DNA of 64,000 bases. It comes from Octopus sinensis. Its lineage: Eukaryota. The stretch is from NCBI RefSeq assembly GCF_006345805.1, contig NC_043011.1:39196464-39260463 (forward strand), read 5' to 3'. How positions within the stretch are numbered: position 1 is the stretch's first letter; each line of letters opens with the position of its first letter. The notes beneath the pieces are model-generated. The model was not told the DNA's origin, made no database searches, and saw only the letters and a program-made list of their open reading frames with translations. This document shows, one piece after another, positions 1 to 14,062 of the stretch. Both the position numbers and the translations under genes were made by a program.

Positions 1-49
1 CACATTTATCAATGTTTCTACAACATTGCATGCTATTGCTGCATTGTAT

Positions 50-54
50 TGTTA

Positions 55-109
<55 letters not shown>

Positions 110-260
110 CATCATCATCATTATCATTATCATCATCATCACCATTATTATTATTATTATTATTAGTTCTTTTGGTTGCATGCTAATGAAAGTATAAAAA
201 GAAAAACTATGAATCAAATAATAATAATAATGATAATGGTAATAATAATAATAATAATAA
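50..260. repeat. (ATT)n/(ATC)n/(AAT)n trinucleotide microsatellites
   Basis: Direct reading; source of the poly-Ile ORF 12..197. Confidence 0.95.
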
Positions 261-471
261 TCCTTTCTAATAAAGTCACAAGGCCCAAAATTTTGTGGGC
301 GGGTTTAAGTTGATTACGTCAACCCCTAGTACTCACTTGATATTTATTTTATTGACCCTGAAAGGATGAAAGGTAGAGTCGACCTCGGCGGAAGTTGAAC
401 TTAGAATGTAGCGATGGATGAAATACCGCTAGGCATGTTGTCCAGTGTGCTGACAATTCTGTCAGCTTGCC
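260..471 (-). mobile_element. SINE family B copy (tRNA-like head plus 'gcctttcatcctttcggggtcgataaa' core; Meta/MESC-like domain)
   Basis: Reverse complement reads ggcaagctgacagaattgtcagcac...gcggtatttc...gttcaacttccgccgaggtcgactctacctttcatcctttcagggtcaataaa, matching the + strand copies at 53074-53297 and 51150-51330. The domain name is from recall. Confidence 0.8.
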
Positions 472-939
472 GGAATTTGAACTCAGAGCATTAAGACAGA
501 TAAATTGCCAGTAAGCATTTAGCTTGGCACGCTGGCAGGTCTGCCAGCTTGCTGTTTTCAAAGCGAAAATGATGATAATCTGCTATAATAATACTCTTGT
601 GTTTTTCTTCGTCGCAACATATGAATGAGAGAGGAAGGGGTGATGGCAAACTGGTAGTGGGAGCTTTTCAACTCTGTGTGAGTGTATGTGTGTGTATGTA
701 AGAGGCGGGTATGTGAATGTGTGTGTGTGTGTGTGCAATAGAAGTGGGATGGTGAACATTCAATGGTGAAAAGAAAACTCTAACAGCGTTTCAACTCTGT
801 GTGTGTATAAGAGAAGTATGTGAATGTTTGTATGTGTGAACCAGCGTTCTTTCAGTAACAAACGAAGATCGATGTCGCATCTCAAAAGACAACCACTAAG
901 TAACATTGACAAGTGTATTAATTTGATTTAACATCCATA

Positions 940-1245
940 TCTTTATATATAAAATTGAAGTTGTGTGTGTGAGACTCTGTCTCCTCCGATTTAGATTCCT
1001 AACTACTCCCACATTTTGCGGTTCAGTTTAAACCAAAAGCGGGTATCTTAGTCGTCATTCATATCGAGCCCTTCTGGGTATTAGCGAGCTTCTACGGTGA
1101 GTCTACGATTTTAACAAAAATTTACCATCATTTTTCCGCATTTTTAATGATTATTGCTCGGGTTATATAAGGGAAGTAACTCTCTAAAAATGCTTATATA
1201 GTTATTTCCCTTACAAACCCGAGCAACGCCAGGCGATACTGCTAG
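940..1245 (+). mobile_element. Non-autonomous Helitron
   Basis: Starts a|TC(tttatatataaa) and ends with hairpin cccgagcaacgccagg plus cgatactgCTAG|t. The 3' ~65 bp is shared with 18653-19012. Confidence 0.85.
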
Positions 1246-1629
1246 TTTATATATAAAATACTACAATTAGCCATCATTGTTGACTGCACAGGGCCAGCTA
1301 GTCAAAATCTTTCTACTCTGGACACAAAACTTGAAATTTTCTTCTGTGTGGTAGGGTAGCTAGTTAATTTTGTTGGCTCCTGTTACTTTATAGACTCTCA
1401 AAGTACAAAAGGCAATATGAAACCTGGTAGCATTGGAATTTGGAATAACAATCCTTTCCAGTAAATGACACAAGGCATGAAATTTATTTATTTATTTTTT
1501 TTTTTTTGGAGAGGTGTGGCTGAATGTTTTGGGGCAGTCTTTCATGGAAGACTGGAAATGAAGAGCATCGCTTGTACTTTGCAACCGTCACATGATGTCA
1601 AGACAAGAACACACACACACACACACAAT

Positions 1630-1785
1630 GGCTTCATCTAGTTTCTGGCTACCAAATCCACTCACCAAGGTTTTTGGTCAACCAGTGGATATAGTAGCAG
1701 ACACCTGCCCAAGGTGCCATGCAGTGGGACTGAACTTAACATGATATGGTTGGGAAGCAAACTTCTCAACCACACAGCCATGTCT
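1630..1785 (-). mobile_element. SINE family A, 5' module
   Basis: Reverse complement of the gtggctgtgtggt...cccactgc.tggcaccttgggca.gtgtct...gagtggatttggtag module that is full-length at 50526-50935. Confidence 0.85.
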
Positions 1786-2005
1786 CTGCATATATATATG
1801 TGTAAATATTTCTCACCCAGCCATTCATTAGCTGTCCTCTGTCTCTCTCTCTCTCTCTTACACACACACACATATACTCACTCATATTCTCACTTACACA
1901 TACATACCATTTCACTTGCTCACACCTGTATGAAGGTCCTTTTCACACTTTCATGTTCAAACATTATACATAGATGTGCCAACTCTCCTATATAAACAAG
2001 TATGC

Positions 2006-2146
<141 letters not shown>

Positions 2147-3798
2147 TTCAGTTTTATACATACATTTTTTTAAATATGTCTCCCCCCACACACTACATAC
2201 ACCTTACATACTGTCTTATATACACAGTTTAATATATACATTAGTTGAAAACACATGTACACCATCATTATATACGCTAACATATGCATACATGAATACA
2301 TGCATTCATTAGCTAATGCACATCCGCAGTGCACACTCCTGTTTATAAGTATAAACTGACATATATATATATATATTATAAACACACACCCATTAGTTGA
2401 ATGTATGCCTGTGTCAAGTGCACAGGCATATTCACATATACACATTCATAAAGTGATACTTGGGTACACACACACACACACATGTGTACGTACAATGATG
2501 GGCTTCTAGTTTTATCACATGTTTACACTTACATAAACACATATGCAAACTGTCATCTATACGTCTGTTGCATACACTTGCACACACACTCTCACACACT
2601 ATTTCAAGACTCAACCCCCTCCCTTCCTCTCCCCACAATATTTCACACACCTGTCTGTTAGGTAAAAATTGATCAAATATAAGTTGACATTTAAAAATTT
2701 CTCGGCATTCGTTTATAGATTACTTCAAAGAATGAACTAAGAAGAAAGGGAGAAAATAAAATAACGTAAAGGAATGGTAAACCTTATTGAAGTGATAATA
2801 ATATCTTTTTCCTAATTTTTGCTTCTCTACCCCCCCCCACCCCATCCTTTCTAATTCGGTTTTGCAATTAGATGATGTAATTTTTTATGAAATTATATCA
2901 CACCTTCCTGTTTTTGTTTTTCACCTTTTAATCCAAGATGTCATCAGGCCTTGTATAAGAAATGTATATTCACTTCTTCGAAACCCTCTGCATTCTTCTT
3001 TATTTTGAAAATTGTTTTTTTTTTTTGGCATGTTTTTATTCCCTGCCCCCCCCCCTTTTATCATTTTTTTTTTATAGTACGACACGTCAACATAGAGATG
3101 TCGTGACAATACCTTTAGTCTAATTTTTCTTTTAAAGATCGAACTTACGTCACACTTTCCCATGTTTTTCAGTTACCTTCCATCTTGTAGTTCTGGTGTG
3201 AGACGTTTTGTGACACATACTTTTTGGTGCTGTCTCTTTGGCACCGCTGATACAATGCTGACTTACTTGACATCAGAAATTTTAATATTTCTTTCATTCT
3301 CTCCATCTTTCTCTCTCTATCTGTGTGTGTGTGTGTCTCTCTCTCTCTCTCTGTCTCTCTCTATCTATCTATCTAAGGCTAATTCCCATAATGAAGAGGT
3401 TTGATGTCCAAGAGTTCTGTGCCGGTGCCATGTTAAAAGCAAACCCACCGGTGCCGCATAAAAACCAAACATGTTGGTACATGTAAAAGTGCTTGTGTGG
3501 TGCCACGTAAAAGCGTCCAGCACACACTGTAAGGTGATTGATGTTAGAAAGAGCATTCAGGCCAGAACTTGATGTAGCTTTCCAGCTCCAGTCACACATT
3601 CAACCCATGCCAGCGTGCAAAACAGATACTAAAAGATGACGATGTATAAAGATTGGGGAGATGTTTGCGTCAATCATGTTCAGTTAATAAATTGTAATCT
3701 CTTTCATGTCTGTCTCTCTCTTTCTCTTTCTCTCTCAACGGCAACGGGGAAACTCAGAGTAACAGGTTTTGTTGAATTTTCTGCTGCTTTAAATAAAG

Positions 3799-3830
<32 letters not shown>

Positions 3831-4517
3831 AATTTTGGGATGGTCTTATATTTATATATTTTTATATCTTTGTGTGTGTGTGTGTATTTGAGCATATTTC
3901 CATTTGTGTGTGTGTGCCTTCAACACCGAAACAATACTCGTGCCAAAAAGAGGTTGAATGCCCAGTTACCCAAGCAAACCCATAAGTGCCAAAACAGTTG
4001 GACTCCATTTCTCCTACTCCATTGTAGTTAAGGGCATTTGTGGGTGCCTTCTGAACTAGTTAGCTCATAAGTAAACACCCCCCCCCTGAACCTTTCTCAC
4101 TCTCTCATGCAGCAAGCCATAACTTCAACACCTTCGTATGCAGTGATCCAATTCGCGAGCCTCTACATAGTCAGTATATAGGCCTGCTAGAAATAGCAGC
4201 CCAAATTGCCCAACATACATCATAGTGTCCCCTTTCACAGTTAATGTCCTCTTATGTTGCCGGGCAACATCTTCCTCATATGTCCTATTGTTGATATTGT
4301 TTTGTATGACTGGGTTCACCTTTCAGCAACACTCCCTACTGAGGGTATGTCAGGACAGCAGGAGCACTTGTGTGGCTATCATAATTTTGTTCCAACTGTA
4401 AAGTTCTCTTAACCTCATATATTGGGCTCAAAATTCCAGCTGTGACCATCTCGCCTGCTTCACTTGTTTTTTCTTCTTTTTACCTTTTTCTAACCATAGT
4501 GTATTTTCTAATGATCT

Positions 4518-5020
4518 CTTTTTATTATTGATCCCTCCTTTTATTGTTATTGATCCCTCCTTTTATTATTATTGATCCATCCTTTTATTATTATTGATCC
4601 CTCCTTTTATTATTATTGATCCCTCCTTTTTATTATTGATCCTCCCTTTTATTATTGATCCCTCCTTTTATTATTATTGATCCCCCTTTTCCATTGATCC
4701 CTCCTTTTTTTATTGTTGACTATCATTTTTATATTATTGATCCCTCCTTTTTATTATTGATTCCTCCCTTTTATTATTGATTCCTCCCTTTATTATTGAT
4801 CCCTCCTTTTTATTATTGATTCCTCCCTTTATTATTGATCCCTCCTTTTTATTATTATTGACCCCTCCTTTTTTATATTATTGATCCCGCCTTTTATTAT
4901 CGATCCCGCTTTTTTATTATCAATCCCTGTGTTTTTTATTATTGATCCCGTCTTTTTATTATCGATCCCTTCTTTTTTATAATCGATCCCCCTCTTAATT
5001 ATTGATCCGTCCTCTTTTAT
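4518..5020. repeat. Minisatellite with ~20-23 bp unit (ttattattgatccctcctt), about 22 copies
   Basis: The gatccctcctt core recurs with variable (att)n and T-run lengths and degenerates toward the right end. Confidence 0.95.
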
Positions 5021-5409
5021 TTTTTTGTTTTTGTTATTGAAAGACAGCAGAGTGTGATTTCAGCATTTCAGAGAGAATTAGTGGCATTACCATGCAGAGG
5101 CTTCTTTCTTCTCTCCACTGGTTAGAATTCGGTAACAACGATGATGCTTTCTGGCTGGCTGGTTGGTTGGTTGGTTGGTTGGTTTAGTGATGGTAGTAGG
5201 TGATGACGTTGATGATGACTTTGGTGATGACAATCACAATGATGATGATAGCTGTTGCTGTGATATGTGATGTCTACAACATGACAGCACAGTGATCACC
5301 TGTCTGTCTCATAATACCTTGAACAATTTTGTCAACGATATCTTAGCACACTGACTTGCATACATACATACAGACATATAGATATTTACAGACACACACA
5401 CACACACAC

Positions 5410-5677
5410 ACATATATATATGTGTGTGTGTATATATATATATATGTGTGTGTGTATATATATATGTGTGTGTGTATATATATATGCGTGTGTGTGTGTG
5501 TGTGTATATATGTGTGTGTGTGTGTATATATGTGTGTGTGTATATATATATGTGTGTATATATATACACATACACACATTGATTTTTCATTTATGTGTGT
5601 ATATGCATGTGTGGGATTTACATTTTCCTTGTTTCATCTGGATATTTGGTTTCACTTTTGTTTCCATCCATCTATCT

Positions 5678-5725
<48 letters not shown>

Positions 5726-6143
5726 TTGTTTATTTATGGCAAATGTCTGAGAATTCTTTCCAATGATAAATGAATTTGCAGACTGTTGTCAAAGGCTGTG
5801 GATTTAACAGCGGCTCTGGCAACAATTGTGGTGACATGATGTTGACAGCGCGGACAACTGTGATGTGATAATAGCATAAACACTGCTTTATATGATACTT
5901 ATATTTGTGAATATGTGTGTATGTGTATATATATATACACACACACATATGCTCAGCACACACCTACACAGAACAACTAATGTTCAACATATTAATTGAA
6001 TAACTGATCATGTGTTTGCTAGTAGTAAACATTGGTAGTATGGACACACACACACATAATGTACATATATGTGTGTGTGTGTATATGTATATCATCATCA
6101 TCATCATCATCGTTTAACATCCGCTTTCCATGCTAGCATGGGT

Positions 6144-6196
<53 letters not shown>

Positions 6197-6475
6197 GTGT
6201 GTATATATGTACATATGCGTGTGTGTGTGTGTATATATATATATATGTGTGTGTGTAATATATATGTGTTGTGTATATATATATGCGTGTGTGTGTGTGT
6301 GTGTATATATTGTGTGTGTGTGTGTATATATGTGTGTGTTATATATATATGTGTGTATATATATACACATACACACATTGTTTTTCATTTATGTGTGTAT
6401 ATGCATGTGTGGGATTTACATTTTCCTTGTTTCATCTGGATATTTGGTTTCACTTTTGTTTCCATCCATCTATCT

Positions 6476-6519
<44 letters not shown>

Positions 6520-6930
6520 TTGTATATTATGCCAAATGTCTGAGAATTCTTTCCAATGATAAATGAATTTGCAGACTGTTGTCAAAGGCTGTGGATTTAA
6601 CAGCGGCTCTGGCAACAATTGTGGTGACATGTTGACAGCGCGGACAACTGTGATGTGATAATAGCTAAACACTGCTTTATATGATACTTATATTTGTGAA
6701 TATGTGTGTATGTGTATAATATATATACCCACACATATGCTCAGCACACACCTACACAGAACAACTAATGTCAACATATTAATTGAATAACTGATCATGT
6801 GTTTGCTAGTAGTAAACATTGGTAGTATGGACACACACACACATAATGTACATATATGTGTGTGTGTTATATGTATATCATCATCATCATCATCATCGTT
6901 AACATCCGCTTTCCATGCTAGCATGGGTTG

Positions 6931-6955
<25 letters not shown>
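5410..6955 (+). repeat. ~790-bp tandem duplication (possible assembly artefact)
   Basis: Unique core 5565-6146 recurs at 6365-6931; copy 2 differs mostly by small deletions. Confidence 0.9.
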
Positions 6956-6966
<11 letters not shown>

Positions 6967-8382
6967 ATATATATTATATATGTTTATAATATGTACATAT
7001 GCTGTGTGTGTGTTGTGTAATATATATATACATATATATATACACACATACAATGTGTGTATAATGTACATATATGTATATATGTATGCTCACATACTCA
7101 TATATGTACACAACTATATGTGTGTAGATAATGCACATATGTATACATACATGTATATAAATATGCATATATATATGTATATAAATAAAATATACGTATG
7201 TATGTATACACATATATACATAATACACATATACACGCATCACACATGCACACATATATACACACACATTGTGTGCAAATATATATTTTTTGTGGTTGTG
7301 AGTGTATGTACATGTATGTGTGTGTGCATTCATACATTTTAACATGCATACATAGTCATGCACACACACACACACACGTGCATACGATTTGGTCGTTGGT
7401 TCTGTGTAGGGTTGTCCCTGTGCAAATATCATGGTTTGAGTAAACTGCCTGCACTTTGATGTCACTGGCAATATTTGAGTTTTCCTCATAATCCATTCGA
7501 TTCCCATGGCCGCAGTTCACTGCATTCTACTGCAAGAGTTTTCTAACTGGACGGCAGGGGACACACACACATACAGACACTAAGTAGGGGAAGTTAAGAG
7601 CATAGTAAGGTGACATCATAATAATAATAACAACAACAATAATAATAACAATAATAACAACAATAATGATAATAATAACTAATAATAATAATAATGATGA
7701 TGATAGTAATAATGACAATGATGATGATGATCGTGAGGTGGGCAGCAAAATAAATGAAAACCTATAAAAATGAAAGATGATAAAAATAGCTAATCAAATT
7801 ATAACGAATTCATTGGCATTGGTTTACATTAGGTGTGAAAATGTGGTAGTACTACAACTACAGTGACTAAATCACTAAGACTCGTGGTTTAGTTGTGGTG
7901 GTGGTGGTAGTGGTGGTGGTGGTGGTGGTGGTAGTAGTAGTGGTAGTAGTGGTAGTAGTAGTTGTGGTAGTAGTTCAGTGTTTCATGCTGGAAGATTTCT
8001 AAGTCATCCATATCTATTGAAGTCCCCCGTGTAAAAATGATAATAATCATCATAATAATAATAGTAACAACAACAACAATAATAATATATATCTGTGTGC
8101 GTATGTGTGTGAGTGTATTATATATGTCTATATATGTGTGTGTGTGTGTGGGTAGGGATATTTATATGGAAAGCTTGCGGTGAAGCTATTGATAAAAACT
8201 GTGAAAGTAACCGACAACAATTGCAACTACTACAACAAACAAACCACTTTACTGTGATGTGTTTTACACCTGTGTGTGTGCGTGTGTTATTTATTATTTA
8301 TTCTCTCTTTGACTGTCCATTACTAGAGGAGAGTAAACTCCCATCGTTTCGGTGGCACAACTTGTGGGTGTATAGACGCAGG

Positions 8383-8570
8383 TGTGTGTTTTTCTATGTG
8401 TGTATGTTTGTATGTTGAGTGTATTAGTATATTAGTACATGTCCGTGTGTGTGTTTTTCTATGTGTGTATGTTTGTATGTTGAGTGTATTAGTACATGTC
8501 CGTGTGTGTGTTTTTCTATGTGTGTATGTTTGTATGTTGAGTGTATTAGTACATGTCCGTGTGTGTGTGT
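8383..8570. repeat. 57-bp tandem repeat, ~3 copies
   Basis: gtgtgtgtttttctatgtgtgtatgtttgtatgttgagtgtattagtacatgtcc repeated; 19-aa periodicity in ORF 8384..8746. Confidence 0.9.
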
Positions 8571-9111
8571 GTGTCTATCAATGTATGTCAGTTGTATTAG
8601 TGCATATCTTTAGGTCTATGTGTGAATGCAGTGGCGTGGAACATACCGGAACCACTGACTGGTGCTTGTTTGTTAGTTTCCTGAGAGAGACATACAGACA
8701 GACAGAGAGTCTGACAGACAGAGTGGGAAGCGGTTGGGAAGCTTAGTTCTACTGGTTTAATTTTTAATATTTAGATTTGTCACAGGATTTGATTGAATTT
8801 CAGGCAATTAATTGATGTCAGCAACGTGACTTAATGCTTGCTAATGAGCCAGCCACCACCAACTAACAAACTAATGAGCTAACAGGTCTCTCTGAACAAG
8901 AGTTCCAGCTCTGATTGTAGTCAGTTTTGCTTCTTGTTCTTGTGAGGTTCAGAGATGTAGGTCGACTGCTTTGTAGGCTGGCTGTGGTTTCAGATTTTGT
9001 TTAGTCCCTCTGTATGACACCTTTGGCATGTCTCCTACTATAGCCCCTGACTAATCATTGCCTTGTGAGTAAATTTGGTAGGTGGAAACTGTGTGGAAGT
9101 CTATATATATA

Positions 9112-9285
9112 TAGTTGAAATTTATAGAAACACAAAAGACAAAGACAAGTGTATTAGTTTAACACTTGGGAAAAGGAAAAAGTCTTTTAGATTTTGAGCC
9201 TATGCTCTTCAACAGAAAAGAATAAGAAAAAATAAACAGAGAGAATGAAGAAAACTTGTAGGTTTCAGCAATTCAGCATGGTGAA
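9112..9285 (-). mobile_element. Short (TA)n-embedded element with a degenerate minimal hammerhead motif (Penelope-like remnant)
   Basis: Reverse complement matches 61555-61732. Minus strand 9184-9220 reads ctttt CTGTTGA a gagc atag gctc AAAA tc TA aaag. Confidence 0.6.
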
Positions 9286-9296
9286 TATATATATAT

Positions 9297-9505
9297 TAGA
9301 AATATTGAATTTCTAAATGTCTCAAAGAGACATGAGCGGTGGTGGAGCGATAGAGTGGTTGTATACTGTCAGCATAACGTGACAGTCTCGTAAGGGAATT
9401 ACACCACCGCTGTTTAGCCCTAGGAAGCATCGACGCTTCCTGTCGGCTTTGACACATTTCCTGTGTCCTTATATTTGCGAAGGGGAGGCAAGCACCCCCA
9501 CCAGC
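9297..9505. other. GC-richer hairpin-dense island of unknown class
   Basis: At least seven short stems in 210 bp, bounded by (TA)n on both sides (see findings). Confidence 0.6.
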
Positions 9506-11539
9506 ATATATATATATATATAAATAAGAATAATGGAAACTGGAGGTAAACACTCAAGATTGTTATTTAAAATACCATATCACCAACATATGTTTCTATA
9601 GATTCACTAAAATAAATCCACCATTTTAAGCACATTCTGAACTAGAAGGTAAAAGGAACTAAAAAGTTTAAAGAGAGAAAAGTAGCTTTTAAAATGCCAT
9701 ACCTTCCATGGCCCTTAACTTGTTGGTGGGGGTCCATGGGCACCTCTACCCCCTCTCCCATCTCTTGTATCTCCCCACTGTATCTCACCCATCTTGCTCC
9801 TCTCCTCCACCTTTCTCCTCCCTCTACCTCCTCCATTTTTCTCCCCACTTTTGTTCCCTTCTCTCTTTCCACTCTCATCCCCACTTCTCTCTCTGCTCAC
9901 GTCCCCCTCTCCACTCTGGCCCACTTCTCTCTCTCCTCTCACATCCCCCCTTTCTCTCTCTCACTCTCTCATCCTCCCCCTTTGTTTCTTCACTCAGGTT
10001 CCCTCCTATCTCTCCCACCCCCGCTGTGGACCCCTCCTCTCTCTCTTTCTCTCCTATTTCTCTGTTCCCCTCCTTCTGAATGTGTTGCTTGAAAGTTCCC
10101 AGGATAAAAAAAACAACAAACAAAACAATTTAAATTGTGAGGCCTCTACCAAGCCTTTCACCTCCACACCATGCCCCTCTTTATAGATATGACAAAGGAC
10201 AAGAAAGAAAGAAAGAAAGACAGAAAGAAACATTGATTGATTTGTAGAGTGAAGATTAAACTCCATACGCTAATAGGTTAATGTATTAAAAAAGATCAGA
10301 AATGCATTTAAATACTACATCTAAGAGAAAAAAATACATATACATATACATAGATAGATATCTTTTTAGATATCTCTATAGATGGCATTTTCCTTCCTGG
10401 TTCATTCTTGATCATAATGTCTAATTGTCCCTGGTTGACCCAGTGTCAAACAGCAACAACCTGTGTGATTGTTTCAGGCCTGTCATCAACTGAAACAGAG
10501 ACCCATAGAGGCCTGGCATTAGATAAATATGACATTGAGATGATGTACAATTTAAAATTAAATCTTTAATATAGTGAAGTCCATTGTGGGTAATGGGCCC
10601 CAAGTCATTTTTAATGTCTGTGTCATCATCTTTTCATAGGAAGGAGTAGCTGTGTGGTAAGTAGCTTGCTTACCAACCACATGGTTCCAGGTTCATTCCC
10701 ACTGTGTGGCACCTCGGACAAGTGTCTTTTACTATAGCCTCGGGACGACCTATATTAAAGATTTTAATTTTTTTTTTTTTTTTGTAAAACAACCGAAGTT
10801 GCACCTTTAGTGACATTATACATTGTATCTCTTTACTTCATTTTTCAGATATTATATGGGTATTAACGCGAGGGGACCATTAGCTGCTATGTGTTGCTGT
10901 TTGAAATGGATTAGATAGAATCAAATCTCCTTATAATTCGTTGCAGCAGTATCAGTTGTTATTGCATTTCCAGTTCTTTGTCCTTCGGCTATCAATTCCC
11001 CGCCAACTCTGTCTTTTAAGCTTCTCATGCATTGTCTGTTGGCTTAAATTTTTTAAATCCTTTTCTGCCAGTTTTCTTCCAATTCTTGTTCACCGACTAT
11101 CAACCCCCCCCCCCCCCACCTCCCAACCATTTCAGTGCCAGTGTATCCTGGATAACATGTCTTTTCTGGACAGATTTTTTTTTTCTTCATTTGCTAGTTT
11201 ATTTTATTGGCGTTTTGTTTTTGTTTTTTTCTTTTTCTGTGTACTGAAGAAGTTGTCTTAGATTTCATGTTCTTGAAGGACTCTCCTTATTTATTTTGAC
11301 TTTTTCAAAAATTTTCCCTCTATTTTTTTTTTTTTTTTTTTGCTTTTTTTTTTATTTCTTCAGCAGATTTAGAATTGGTTCATTGTGTTAGTCACAAGAC
11401 CCACCCATGATATTAAAAAGAATCCACACGCCAGATTATGGATGTATGCATATCTGAATGAATGTCTGTATTTGTGTGTTTATGTGCATATATGTCATTG
11501 TGTGTTTATGTACATATATATATAAATGTATTTATGTAC

Positions 11540-12000
11540 ATGTGTATGAATGTATGTATTTGTGTATGTGTACGAATCTATTTGTGTATGAATGTATGTA
11601 TTTGTGTATGTGTACAAATGTATGTATGTGTATGAATGTATGTATTTGTGTATGTGTACGAATGTATGTATGTATGTGTATATGTGTATGAATGTATGTA
11701 TTCGTGTATGTGTACGAATGTATGTATTTGTGTATGTGTACAAATGTATGTATTTGTGTATGTGTACGAATGTATGTATTTGTGTATGTGTACGAATGTA
11801 TGTATTTGTGTATGCGTACGAATGTATGTATTTGTGTATGCGTACGAATGTATGTATTTGTGTATGCGTACGAATGTATGTATTTGTGTATGCGTACGAA
11901 TGTATGTATTTGTATGTGTACGAATGTATGTATGTATGTACGAATGTATGTATTTGTGTATGTGTACGAATGTATGTATTTGTGTATGAATGTATGTATG
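11540..12000. repeat. 26-bp minisatellite (tgtatgtgtacgaatgtatgtatttg)
   Basis: Direct reading; 26-aa periodicity in ORF 11592..12170; a tatgcgtacg variant block lies at ~11810-11900. Confidence 0.95.
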
Positions 12001-12470
12001 TATGTATTTATGTGTATGTGTGTACGATTGTATGCATGTGTATATATGAATGTACGTGTGTATTTACTTCTGTATGTATATATTATTTTGTGCTTCTGTA
12101 TGTGTCTGTGTCTCTATTGATGTGTATGCATGTATGTGCGGGTTGCTTTCTTTCATTCCCTCTTCACTGAATAGAAACCAGTTGCTGACAAAGTGACAGG
12201 GCTCTCGTGTTTGAATCAATCAAGACACTTCCAGGCATTTGCGTGCATGCAAGTGACAATGTGTGCATGTGCATACATGCATACAGATGCGTATCTCTGC
12301 GTGCATATGTGTGTGTTGTACGTGTCCCCGTGTCTATGATTATATGACTATACAGCTTTATGCACATGAGAAGGGTATTTCGGATTCTCCTCTGCTTTGA
12401 TTTGACTATACATATATATTTATATATATACATATACATACATACATACATACTTATAGATATATAAATA

Positions 12471-12506
<36 letters not shown>

Positions 12507-13926
12507 TATGTATGCTTATGCACGCATACATTTATATATATAAATGTGTATGTGTGTGTGTGTATATATGTATGTATGTATATATATGTATATTTCTATA
12601 TATGCCCATTTATGTGTCCATTTACATATGCACATTAATGTATACTTATATGTATACATAGACACATATGTATACACATCTCGATATGTATTCTCCACTC
12701 TATGTATTTACATATGTATTTCTCTCTCTCTGCCATACACACACACATATATATCTAAAGACCTGTCTTTCTCTACATGTATTTGTGGGTGTATCCATGA
12801 TTGTGTCTGTCCCTATATTTGTATACAGGCATGCAGGATTGTGGAGCTATAGAGAAGACCACTACAACTCTGTGTTTGAAACAAATGCCTTTTGTTCAAT
12901 CCTACCTTGAGTATAATATGTTCTAATGGGTTTGGGCGTGGAAATGGAGTACCTGACTACAAAGGGAGAATATAATGTTTGCAAGCATGGTATTGATAAA
13001 GTCGCAAAAGGTATAGCTTATGTAGTTCACTGGGAAATTTTGTCATAAAGGTACAGGAGATTGGTAAAAGTCAGCAACTTCATACTGATTGTGTTCTTGT
13101 GGTTCCATCATGCTTCTATATAGGGGCAACTTTTTGATCTAAGGTGGACCTAAGTGTTCAGCAAGGGCTGCAACCCCAGCCGTTTCCAACTTTCCCTTTA
13201 CCCAACAAACTGAAGCCAGTGTTCATCATCATCATCTTCTCCACCATCACCAGCATCATTGTCGTAATCATTCAACATCTGTATTCTGTATTCCATGCTG
13301 GCATGCATTGGTCAATTTGATTGGGAACGGCTATCCAGAGGACTGTGTCAAGGTCCCTTGCACCTCCTGTATGTAAGGGACCAATGTCTGTTCTAGCTGT
13401 GAACATTGCTGAATTCATTAACAGGCAACAGTGTATCTAGGACTATGTTGTGTTACTCAATGTGTCCATGCCCTCCACCTCTTTTTAATGAGATATGTGT
13501 TGGAGGAAAGTTGGCTGTTGGTTCTAGCAGGTCAGATGACCACTTAATGGTTCCTACGTTGGCTTGTGTCTATTAAGACATTTTGTCAGTGTTTGTATAT
13601 TAGACACAAGCATGGGGTCGGGGGGGAAGGGCACATCATTGCTCATCATCATCATTGTCGGATCTGCTTTTCTATGCTGGTATGGGTTGGATGAAACTTT
13701 TGAAGCTATGTTTTATCACAGGATACCCTTTCCAAATCTTTCAGTGACACACAGTTACGGGAATAACCAATTCATCCATCAGCTCATTTGTCCATCTCTC
13801 TCTCTCTCTCTCTCTACATACATGCATGCATATATGTGTGTGCGTGTATGTATATATATATATATATATATATAAAACAAATCAAATTGCGATAAAATAA
13901 AAATAATTATAATCGCTGGTATTACT

Positions 13927-13961
<35 letters not shown>

Positions 13962-14062
13962 CAGGAAATAATTTCTACCTCTTTTTATGGAGACAAAAGG
14001 GTTTATAAGACTGCAAAAAAGAGGTGCTCAAATGAAATTGAGACAGAAAAAAAAAAAAAAAT

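Noticed and set aside
4518-5020. Regularly spaced gatccctcctt motif as a possible CRISPR array
   Set aside because: There are no unique spacers; the intervening sequence is itself repetitive, so it is a minisatellite.
5782-5868. Possible terminal exon after tttgcag (TVVKGCGFNSGSGNNCGDMMLTARTTVM*)
   Set aside because: Short, no recognisable domain, no partner exons, and lies in the suspect duplication.
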